Assembly (NCBI GenBank): GCA_964484915.1
Contig: CAZAHA010000001.1
Location: 1-42,434 of the forward strand
Length of the DNA stretch: 42,434 bases
Origin: an uncultured Leptospirales bacterium
GTDB lineage: Bacteria; Spirochaetota; UBA4802; JAFGJZ01
Direction: 5' to 3'
In this document: positions 26,817-34,422 of the stretch, one piece after another
Numbering within the stretch: the stretch's first letter is position 1
Layout: every line of letters starts with the position of its first letter
Notes under the pieces: model-generated
Databases searched by the model: none
Seen by the model: only the letters and a program-made list of their open reading frames with translations
What the model was told of the DNA's origin: nothing
Program-made: the position numbers and the translations under genes

Positions 26817-28100
26817 CTACGGTGTTTTGTGCAGAACGATCGAAACGGGAGAGGTTCCCTGTCCCGCCGATCCTTCGTACACGTCATATCCGTCCGCTGT
26901 TACCGTTACCGTATAGGTCCCCGGGTCGCAGATGAGGTGAAAGAAGCCGTTTGTACGGTCACTTTCGGTAAAAAGGGAATAGAGCACCGGGTCCCTGGGA
27001 TCTCTGCCGGCCTCCGCTGCATGGATAACAGCCTGAACCGCTTCGCCGGTATCGCCGTCGGTAACCGTGCCGGAGATACCAGTGGCGCAGATATCAAGGA
27101 GTCTGACCAGCGCGTTGCGATGTTCATCCCAGACATGCCGTATCTCATACTCCGGAGAATAGAGCTTCCGCTTCGAGAGCTCTATCGTGTATGCAACCGC
27201 TCCACGTTGGCCGTACATCCAGTCTCCGAGGGTTCCGTAGCACGGATACCAGTCAAAACCTTCAATTGAATAAAAGTCATCATTACCCGCATTAACAACA
27301 TCCAGTTCATATTCCCGTGCGTATGAGAATACCGTCTGTGCGTTAGGCATGTAGAACGCAAGAAAATCATCGTACGAATAGGATTGCGGATCACCCAGAG
27401 ACTCCGTTGTCCCGATATAGTCCCAGGGAGTTGATATACAGGCCTCACCCGCATGAAATGTCAGCGAAAGGGAATAGGCATTATCAAGGGCATCATCCCG
27501 TATGAGAGCAGACTCACTCTGATCAAATGGTTCATCGCCGTGGTACGAGCCTTCCGTCCATGCCCATGAGAAGTTTCTGTTAAGATCAACCAGATCGGCT
27601 GTATAGCGCTTTCTGTTTTTCAGTCCCCATGGATTTGGTACAGGCATGATGTGAAAACTGTATGATTCAACCAGCTGCTTTATACCGGGATCATCCGATT
27701 CCAGCAGAAGAGACGCAAACGCAAGCGGAACATACACGGCTGACTGCTCGTCTCCATGGACGGCACCGATTATCTGTATCTTCGGCTCAGCCTCAACTGT
27801 TCCTGGATTGTCAGAAATGATTATCTTTGAAAGGGGATATCCTCTATCGGATGAATAACCGAGCACCACATACTCGCACGTCTCATACGTTTCGGCAAGA
27901 TCCTGCAGAAACCTGTCTACCTTGTCAGGATCGTCATAGATAGATTCGATTTGCAGTCCGTCATCGCCGCTTTTGTCTGCGCCCGATGCGTTCCGATAAC
28001 CGATGTCGTCGCATGACACTACCGTGACAAGGAGTACAAGCAGCAGTACCAGAAGCCTATTTCCCGATACAGAACCTGCTGAAGATCGACTCAAGCACAT
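26817..28100 (-). CDS. M14-family zinc carboxypeptidase lipoprotein with C-terminal carboxypeptidase-regulatory-like (CarboxypepD_reg) domain
   Basis: Lipobox LLVTVVSC. Zn motif GAVHGDE. DLNRNF substrate-binding motif. C-terminus ISGTVTDGDTGEAVQAV is beta-sandwich-like. The ATG at 28098-28100 overlaps the 3' end of mnmE by 44 nt. Confidence 0.8.
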   Translation of the reverse strand: MCLSRSSAGSVSGNRLLVLLLVLLVTVVSCDDIGYRNASGADKSGDDGLQIESIYDDPDKVDRFLQDLAETYETCEYVVLGYSSDRGYPLSKIIISDNPGTVEAEPKIQIIGAVHGDEQSAVYVPLAFASLLLESDDPGIKQLVESYSFHIMPVPNPWGLKNRKRYTADLVDLNRNFSWAWTEGSYHGDEPFDQSESALIRDDALDNAYSLSLTFHAGEACISTPWDYIGTTESLGDPQSYSYDDFLAFYMPNAQTVFSYAREYELDVVNAGNDDFYSIEGFDWYPCYGTLGDWMYGQRGAVAYTIELSKRKLYSPEYEIRHVWDEHRNALVRLLDICATGISGTVTDGDTGEAVQAVIHAAEAGRDPRDPVLYSLFTESDRTNGFFHLICDPGTYTVTVTADGYDVYEGSAGQGTSPVSIVLHKTP

Positions 28101-29409
28101 CGTCTGTCGTTACCTCTCCTGTGATTTCCTGCAGCGTGTCAAGAAGCTCCTGTATATCGGACGCAACGATCTCCTCCGGATTTCCACTCGCGGCAGACTC
28201 GGCAAGAACACCGCAAAGGCTCTTTGACTTTTCGAGAGCCGCAATGATTCTGGTGTCTGCGAGAAAAGACTGGTCACGCTCCTCGAGACCAAGATGCATC
28301 ATGGCGGTTATCGCTTCTTCAAGTTTCGCAAAACCCTCTCCTGTACGCGCCGAAAAAAGTATGCTCCGTGCGGGTAGATCACTCTCTGAGATGATCACGC
28401 TATCGGCGATATCGGACTTGTTTAACAAAAATATGACACGGTCTTCAGGAAGAATCGAGAATATGTTGCGGTCTTCATCAGTGATGCCTGTCGTCAAATC
28501 GAGAACCGCGAGTACGATATGTGCCTTCTCAACCGCTTCGCGCGACCGTTGAATACCGATCTTCTCAACCGCATCCTCCGAGTAGCGGATACCCGCCGTA
28601 TCGATCAGATTCAGGTGGATGCCGTTTAACTGTACGGTCTCCCTGACAAGGTCGCGTGTCGTGCCCGGAATGTCGGACACGATTGCTCGTTCTTCGTTGA
28701 CGATATAGTTGAGGATGCTTGACTTCCCGGCGTTCGGTTTGCCGACGATGGCGATGGAAAGTCCCTGTGCGATTCGTTCGCCGGTGCGGCACCGTTGCAG
28801 TACGAGAGAGAGCTGTTCACCGATGACACCGACGGCATCGGTAATCTCCTCACGTGAAACGAACTCTATGTGTTCTTCAGAAAAATCTATTGCCGCCTCA
28901 ACATCGGCGCGCAGTTCAATCAGCCTGCTGCGCATCGAGTCGATTTCAGTGCGAAGCGAACCGTGCATCTGCCGGAGTGCCGTGCTGATCTCCCAGCTGC
29001 TCCTGGCACGTATGATCGCGTCCACCGCCTGTGCGGCGGTCAGGTCAATCTTGCCGTTTTTAAACGCTCGTCTGGTAAATTCACCCGGCTGTGCTATGCG
29101 GACGGAAGTGTCACGCTGCAGGAGCGTGATGATGTTCTGGACGATCAGCGGATTACCGTGACAGCTGATCTCGACCGTGTCCTCGCCCGTAAAGGAGTGT
29201 GGCGCGGTAAAGCAGGTACAGACAACGTCGTCCACACGCGCGTCACCGTCGAGAATCCAGCCGTAAGCCGCCCGGCGCTGCTTTATTCTTTCCGGATGCG
29301 AGAAGATCCGCCGGACGACGGCAACAGCATCAGGACCGCTGATGCGGATGACAGCCAGCGCGGACTGTACAGGGGCGCTGGCCGGTGCGCAGATCGTCTG
29401 ATTATCCAT
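28057..29409 (-). CDS. mnmE: tRNA uridine-5-carboxymethylaminomethyl modification GTPase MnmE
   Basis: G1 GKPNAGKSS, G3 DTAGIR, C-terminal CIGK. Start trimmed to the ATG at 29407-29409 (MDNQTICAPAS), which overlaps the jag stop by 8 nt. Confidence 0.92.
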   Translation of the reverse strand: MDNQTICAPASAPVQSALAVIRISGPDAVAVVRRIFSHPERIKQRRAAYGWILDGDARVDDVVCTCFTAPHSFTGEDTVEISCHGNPLIVQNIITLLQRDTSVRIAQPGEFTRRAFKNGKIDLTAAQAVDAIIRARSSWEISTALRQMHGSLRTEIDSMRSRLIELRADVEAAIDFSEEHIEFVSREEITDAVGVIGEQLSLVLQRCRTGERIAQGLSIAIVGKPNAGKSSILNYIVNEERAIVSDIPGTTRDLVRETVQLNGIHLNLIDTAGIRYSEDAVEKIGIQRSREAVEKAHIVLAVLDLTTGITDEDRNIFSILPEDRVIFLLNKSDIADSVIISESDLPARSILFSARTGEGFAKLEEAITAMMHLGLEERDQSFLADTRIIAALEKSKSLCGVLAESAASGNPEEIVASDIQELLDTLQEITGEVTTDDVLESIFSRFCIGK

Positions 29410-30049
29410 TTTTCCTTGGTATAACACGGACCTTCCGGTAAATACCGTGTCCTTCACTCTTCGTCAGGACCCTCCGGTCGTTCTGAAGAGTCAGATGAAT
29501 GAGCCGCCGCTCAAACGGGTTCATCGGCTCCATGACATAGGGTTTACCGGTACGTGCTACTTTCGTGGCAATAGTACGTGAAAGATTTTTCAACGCACGC
29601 TCCCGTTTTGCACCATATCCTTCGATATCCAGTATGATTTTCTTGTCTGTGTTGTTCTGGTGGTTTGCGATCAGGTTTACCAGAAACTGTACGGCCTCGA
29701 GTATCTTTCCCTTCTTCCCGATAATCAAACCGGAGTTCGAGCTTTCAAGTTCAACATAGACCTTGTTTTCGCCCTCATGAAACTCGATGATCGAAACATC
29801 CACTCCTATACGCTTGAAGATGGAATGAATGATGTCCTTAACGGTGTCCCCGATATCTGTAGTGCGGACATCGAAGCTAACCTGAATCCGCGCCGGTCGT
29901 GATACACCGAGTCCAAAGATGCCTGTCTTTCCCTCGTCTATAATATCAATATGTGAATTCTCGAGTTTTTCGACTGTTATGCCGAGCTCGACGGCTGCTT
30001 TCCTTTTGGCGTCTTCAATGGAACGCCCCTCAACTTCTATAACTTTCAT
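29402..30049 (-). CDS. jag: Jag/KhpB RNA-binding protein (Jag_N, KH, R3H)
   Basis: MKVIEVEGRSIEDAKRKAAVELG N-terminus, KH GxxG (IIGKKGKILEAVQ) and R3H (ERRLIHLTLQ). Sits between yidC and mnmE. ATG at 30047-30049. Confidence 0.9.
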   Translation of the reverse strand: MKVIEVEGRSIEDAKRKAAVELGITVEKLENSHIDIIDEGKTGIFGLGVSRPARIQVSFDVRTTDIGDTVKDIIHSIFKRIGVDVSIIEFHEGENKVYVELESSNSGLIIGKKGKILEAVQFLVNLIANHQNNTDKKIILDIEGYGAKRERALKNLSRTIATKVARTGKPYVMEPMNPFERRLIHLTLQNDRRVLTKSEGHGIYRKVRVIPRKNG

Positions 30050-30088
30050 TTCATGTACCTCACTGCATGAAGATAACACAAGACTCGT

Positions 30089-31750
30089 TTAGTCGTCCTT
30101 CCCTCTGTTTACAAACAGCTGATGTCCCACCTGCAGTATGTTCTGCACGGTCCAGTAGAGTATCAAACCCGACGGCATGGACCAGAAAATGAACAAGAGC
30201 ACAACAGGCATGACCTTCATCATCATCTGCTGCTGGCCGCCCGCTCCGGTATCCACCGTTGAAACTTTCTGCTGAAAGAACGATGTGACTGTCATAATAA
30301 GCGGAAGAATATGAATATCATATCCTGCAACAGAGAACGCGGTATCCGGAATAGAGAGATCGTTTATCCACAGAATGAACGGCGTATTCCAAAGCTCGAC
30401 CGAGTTGATCAGCGCACTATACAACGCAATAAAGAAGGGCATCTGTACGATAAGCGGCAGACATCCTCCCATCGGATTTACACCGCGCTCCTTGTACAGC
30501 TTCATCGTTGCTTCCTGCAGCTTCTGCTGGTCGTCCTTGTACTTTTCCTTGAGCTTCTGAATCTCCGGCTGGAGTTTGGACATCTTCTTCATCGATTCCG
30601 TCGAACGCTGCGTAAGGGGAAGAAAGAGCAGCTTGGTGATGATGGAGAAGACGATCACACACCATCCGTAATTGGGGATGATAACATTAAGCTTCGTCAG
30701 CGACCAGAGAACGGCAACTCGTATGGGGTCGATAAACTTGTTCGTATCCGACGCCCCTTCAAGGTTCGGATCGATAGAGGAGAGGAGGTTTTTCTTCTTT
30801 TCAGCGATGGCCACCTTAAACTGATAGGTCTGTTTCACATCCTCCGCCAGCACGGGCAGTTCATAAATAAGTCCGGTGCGGTATGCGGTGTCCTTGCGTG
30901 TATCCGCGACGATACCGTCAGCAGGTTTTCCGTCTGTCATGATAAGTGCCGCGAAATATCGGCTGATGATTCCGGTCCATTCACCCTGTTCCCGTATATG
31001 GGTGATATCCTTCGCTTCCTTCATAAAACCGCCGCCCTTGGAGAACTTCTTCTTTTTATCCGTATAGTAGAGCTGCGTTATGATGTTGTAACGGTTGTCG
31101 TAATCATTCATCCGCGGTCCGATAAAATCGTTCGCAGAAAAGATCAGCTTTCCTTCCGGCAGAGCAACCGCCTCGCCGGCACCGTTTGTAAAGCTGTACG
31201 TAAGATTAAAGTGATATGAATCCTGTACGAACTCGTAAGTCTTGTTGACGATTACTCTCTTGCCGTTGACCAAAATACTCTTTGCAAAGACGATCTTCAT
31301 GTCGCTTTGTTCTGACACATGCCAAAGCGTATCGTCCAGTGCATTACCGTTCAAAAACGACCGGTCACTCATGTAGAATGAACAGTCGATCATTCCGTCG
31401 GAATACTTTGTTGGTGCAACGAGCTCGATATTGCGATCACCGTACAGAAGGCTCGTTATCCGCGCGCCGTGGTTTGAAACGGATACCGTGTAGACGTCAG
31501 TCTGCACAGTGAATGTCTGTTCAGTCAGCGATGCTTCATCATACTCTTCAGTATCCGTTTCAACGATCTGTGCCGTTTCGACAGTCTCAACCTCTTGCTG
31601 CTCTTGCTGAGGTTCGGAACCCGTTACGGTCTCTTCGGTTGTCCCGGGTCTCTGCTGAGGCTGTTCAGGCGGTGTCGGTGTAAAGAACTGCAACCATGCC
31701 AGCATTACCACAATGGAGAGTACAATTGCGAGTAGTGTTCTTCTATCCAT
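30089..31750 (-). CDS. yidC: Membrane protein insertase YidC
   Basis: N-terminal TM, large periplasmic domain, and a conserved C-terminal core (GGCLPLIVQMPFFIALY, PSGLILYWTVQNI). Conserved synteny. Confidence 0.95.
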   Translation of the reverse strand: MDRRTLLAIVLSIVVMLAWLQFFTPTPPEQPQQRPGTTEETVTGSEPQQEQQEVETVETAQIVETDTEEYDEASLTEQTFTVQTDVYTVSVSNHGARITSLLYGDRNIELVAPTKYSDGMIDCSFYMSDRSFLNGNALDDTLWHVSEQSDMKIVFAKSILVNGKRVIVNKTYEFVQDSYHFNLTYSFTNGAGEAVALPEGKLIFSANDFIGPRMNDYDNRYNIITQLYYTDKKKKFSKGGGFMKEAKDITHIREQGEWTGIISRYFAALIMTDGKPADGIVADTRKDTAYRTGLIYELPVLAEDVKQTYQFKVAIAEKKKNLLSSIDPNLEGASDTNKFIDPIRVAVLWSLTKLNVIIPNYGWCVIVFSIITKLLFLPLTQRSTESMKKMSKLQPEIQKLKEKYKDDQQKLQEATMKLYKERGVNPMGGCLPLIVQMPFFIALYSALINSVELWNTPFILWINDLSIPDTAFSVAGYDIHILPLIMTVTSFFQQKVSTVDTGAGGQQQMMMKVMPVVLLFIFWSMPSGLILYWTVQNILQVGHQLFVNRGKDD

Positions 31751-31950
31751 ATTCTTGTATCCTGTAAATAATATCGTCCCCGCGAATCCACTTCATGGAT
31801 CTGAGCGGGACACATACCGTACTGCGGCGCTCACCATCGGAATCTTTCCGACGAGGTCCGGTACTGACTATGTGTTATGCCATCCCGTTATGAAAGAAAC
31901 GTGAATACGATGAATTATGGAAGGAATAGATGTTGCGGCAGAGAACAAAC

Positions 31951-32223
31951 TTACGGAACAGGATCATGTCCGCCGGGAAAGAAGGGATTACATCTGAGAA
32001 CACGCCTGATCGAAAGATAGAATCCCTTGACCATACCGTATTTTCTGAATGAAGCCGCCGAATAATCGGAACACGTCGGGTAATATCTGCATGCCCGGGG
32101 CAGGAATGGAGAAATACATACCTTGTATACCCGGATGAACAGAATACATGCCAACGCCGCGCCCCTGTTGCACACAGAGACTATCCTCTGGACGGCCGCA
32201 TAGATTTTATTTTGTAAAAACAA
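31951..32223 (-). CDS. yidD: Membrane protein insertion efficiency factor YidD
   Basis: IRVYKVCISPFLPRACRYYPTCSDYS...RCNPFFPGGHDPVP signature. The track start at 32223 is TTG and overlaps rnpA by 43 nt. An alternative GTG at 32173-32175, with AGAGGA 8 nt upstream, gives a 74-aa product. Confidence 0.88.
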   Translation of the reverse strand: MFLQNKIYAAVQRIVSVCNRGAALACILFIRVYKVCISPFLPRACRYYPTCSDYSAASFRKYGMVKGFYLSIRRVLRCNPFFPGGHDPVP

Positions 32224-32561
32224 TCCCGTATTTCCTTTTTGATCTCGTCTTGCGTCATATCAATAAAGCCGGTGTACAGGCGAACAATCATACAATAGTC
32301 TTTATGTTCTGTTAAACAATAATCTCTGAAAGCCTCTTTGAACTTTCGTTTCGCTCTATTCCGTAAAAACGCCTTACCAAAGTACCGCGGTACAACTATT
32401 CCAATTTTTATCGTATTATCGTTTTTCTTACAATAGTCTGATTCTTTCAACGCGCATTGCGCAACGACAAAGAATGTGCAGTTTTTCTGCCGTATTTTCT
32501 GTCCCTTACGGTAGACGTGTTTGAAGCACGCCTTACCCTTCAGGGAGTACATCCTCTTCAC
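32181..32561 (-). CDS. rnpA: Ribonuclease P protein component
   Basis: Basic 126-aa protein with the RNR-type motif FLRNRAKRKFKEAFR, immediately downstream of rpmH. The start is GTG at 32561 or ATG at 32552. Confidence 0.9.
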   Translation of the reverse strand: MKRMYSLKGKACFKHVYRKGQKIRQKNCTFFVVAQCALKESDYCKKNDNTIKIGIVVPRYFGKAFLRNRAKRKFKEAFRDYCLTEHKDYCMIVRLYTGFIDMTQDEIKKEIRDCFYKIKSMRPSRG

Positions 32562-32570
32562 ATGCGGTAC

Positions 32571-32726
32571 TTACTTTCCTCGTCTCTCGCTTGAAACTGT
32601 CAGCTTGTGACGACCCTTGCGCCTGCGCCGGGAGAGGACTTCTCTGCCTCCGGCTGTTGCCATACGTGCACGGAATCCGTGTGTTCTGAGTCTTTTGATA
32701 ACACTTGGCTGAAAAGTACGCTTCAT
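32571..32726 (-). CDS. rpmH: 50S ribosomal protein L34 (51 aa, below the ORF-track length cut-off)
   Basis: Manual translation of the minus strand gives [54 protein letters not shown] at 32724-32726, TAA at 32571-32573, GAGGTAA SD upstream. Confidence 0.95.
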   Translation of the reverse strand: MKRTFQPSVIKRLRTHGFRARMATAGGREVLSRRRRKGRHKLTVSSERRGK

Positions 32727-32755
32727 GATTATTACCTCGTTTATATAATAATTTC

Positions 32756-32764
32756 ATTATAACA
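32756..32764 (-). promoter_or_regulatory. Extended -10 promoter element (TGtTATAAT) for rpmH-rnpA
   Basis: The minus-strand sequence TGTTATAAT is the revcomp of 32756-32764, and its 3' end lies 29 nt upstream of the rpmH ATG. No good -35 is present, which fits the extended -10 class. Confidence 0.4.
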
Positions 32765-32822
32765 GCAGAATTCAATCAAACTACCAGTAAAAAAGGGTCT
32801 TTCCCAATGTCAAATTAATTTT

Positions 32823-33671
32823 CTAACGTTTCAGAGCAAAGACTTCCATTGTATCGGAAAAACCAGTAATCCGAGAGAAGATTGAATAGGCAGGAGCAAA
32901 AAACGGATACAGCGGTGAATCGGCGTGTAACACACGTTCCGGATGAATCGATGCCGGACGGATAATGATGTCTGAGAACCCGGCAGCCTTCAGAACCAGC
33001 CGAACCGACGACGGCGTAAAATCCAATGAATGGTCGGATGGAAAGGCCTGGAAGTACTCTGCTGGGTGAAACGTCCGCCGGGGACCGTACGCAGAGGGTA
33101 GTGAAAATGAGACGATACCCGGAGTGTTCAGCAATGAATATATCCGGCCGATCGCTTTTACCGGATCCTTCATATGCTCAAGACAATACCACGCAGTAAC
33201 GAGATCAAACTGTTTTTCCGGATGGTAATCCGAGAACAGACCATTAAACACCGGAACCCCGTAATGGCCGGTGCAATACGCTGCCGCATATGACGACGCC
33301 TCCACGCCGTCATACCGGCACTCCTTCGTTGTTTCCAGACGGTCGATGCAAGCCTTTAAAAAAAAACCAAGCGCGCATCCTATGTCGCAGACACTCTGTA
33401 CGGCTATACGATATTTGTTGATGACACGGTTAATCGTCTCAACACGGCCTATGGAAAACTGGTAGAGTGCGTCAAAGTCTTCCTCATATGTCCTGCCGTA
33501 CTGATTTCTGTATTCATCCGTAAAATATGTGTCCGGGTATGAGGCTTCGGTGTATGCGGTGTTCATCACAACACCGCATCGTGAGCAGATCGTAAACATT
33601 CGGTTGATGCGGTTTGGTATCATCATGCCAGTGCATGCGGGACACCGATGTACAGTGTCAGCGTCCCGCAT
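32823..33671 (-). CDS. Class I SAM-dependent methyltransferase with N-terminal CxxC...CxxC zinc ribbon (282 aa)
   Basis: HRCPACTG...CSRCG zinc ribbon. SAM motif I VCDIGCALGFFL. Substrate unknown. Confidence 0.75.
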   Translation of the reverse strand: MRDADTVHRCPACTGMMIPNRINRMFTICSRCGVVMNTAYTEASYPDTYFTDEYRNQYGRTYEEDFDALYQFSIGRVETINRVINKYRIAVQSVCDIGCALGFFLKACIDRLETTKECRYDGVEASSYAAAYCTGHYGVPVFNGLFSDYHPEKQFDLVTAWYCLEHMKDPVKAIGRIYSLLNTPGIVSFSLPSAYGPRRTFHPAEYFQAFPSDHSLDFTPSSVRLVLKAAGFSDIIIRPASIHPERVLHADSPLYPFFAPAYSIFSRITGFSDTMEVFALKR

Positions 33672-33714
33672 GAACGATCTTTCCGGTACTAGACTTTCTC
33701 ATGGACTCGTACGA

Positions 33715-34206
33715 TTACGCATTCTGCTTTTGTTTGGCGGGTTCTAGAACAACAGTCGAACCGCGGAAGCGGACATTGTCAAACGACATGAGGACAATTT
33801 CTGCATACTGCTCCGGGATTTCGATAAATGAATAGTTCTGGTGAATGTCTATCTTTCCAATCACCTTTCCATCAATACCTGAGCGCTTCACAATTTCGCG
33901 GATTATGTCACCAGGTACAATCTTGTGGCTCTTGCCGATATTCATGAACAAACGGATCTTTCCGTCTTTTATGTCCTCGAAGACGAGATTCTCATTGCCG
34001 ACATTTTTAAATGCCTGGGGATCGTACTCAAAATCCGACACATCCCCCAGATACTCCTTCAGCAGGGCAGCTGCAATTTTCTTTGTTCCGAAGAAGGGAA
34101 GGCCTAATGACTTTTTCATGTGCTTGATGATGTCACCATACGCGGTCAGGTCGTCAGTCATGGCGGAAGTCAGAACTTTGGAAATTTTCTTTTCATGGCG
34201 ATTCAT
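33715..34206 (-). CDS. Stand-alone DbpA-type RNA-binding domain protein (163 aa)
   Basis: The C-terminal 80 aa or so (RLFMNIGKSHKIVPGDIIREIVKRSGIDGKVIGKIDIHQNYSFIEIPEQYAEIVL) match the RRM-like C-terminal domain of DbpA/YxiN helicases. No helicase core is attached. Confidence 0.7.
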   Translation of the reverse strand: MNRHEKKISKVLTSAMTDDLTAYGDIIKHMKKSLGLPFFGTKKIAAALLKEYLGDVSDFEYDPQAFKNVGNENLVFEDIKDGKIRLFMNIGKSHKIVPGDIIREIVKRSGIDGKVIGKIDIHQNYSFIEIPEQYAEIVLMSFDNVRFRGSTVVLEPAKQKQNA

Positions 34207-34373
34207 GGTTAACCTTCTGTTTTAATCATAAAATAGGTGAATCTATACTTCACCCCGTCGGCAATAAATCAAGTCATTTTTAACTGTATATATATTTACA
34301 TAGAATTCATTCACCAACACAGTCCTGGAACAAAACCGAATTGTGTGGCGCTCTATCCACCGACACTTCACAG

Positions 34374-34399
34374 CCGGTATCACCTTTTGTGAATACCGG
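34374..34399 (-). terminator. Hairpin (10 bp with one bulge, 5-nt loop) 24 nt downstream of the Maf-like gene stop, no U-tract
   Basis: CCGGTATCAC-ctttt-GTGAATACCGG, read directly. Shares the 10-mer CAGCCGGTAT and AATACCGG with the hairpin at 23032-23060. Confidence 0.3.
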
Positions 34400-34422
34400 T
34401 GTGTAACAAAGCGTGTATACCG

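Noticed and set aside
30364-30372. Perfect DnaA-box TTATCCACA (and a 7/9 box TATCCAC at 34354-34360), considered as a sign of oriC near the rpmH/mnmG/rsmG cluster
   Set aside because: They are single isolated boxes, one of them inside the yidC coding sequence. I saw no cluster, no AT-rich unwinding element and no dnaA or dnaN gene in the window. This is compatible with chance.
30311-31219. 302-aa plus-strand ORF (plus smaller ones) antisense to yidC
   Set aside because: It lies entirely inside, and antisense to, a gene with unmistakable YidC motifs. Its translation is Arg/Leu/His-rich low-complexity sequence with no motif, which is typical of a shadow ORF.
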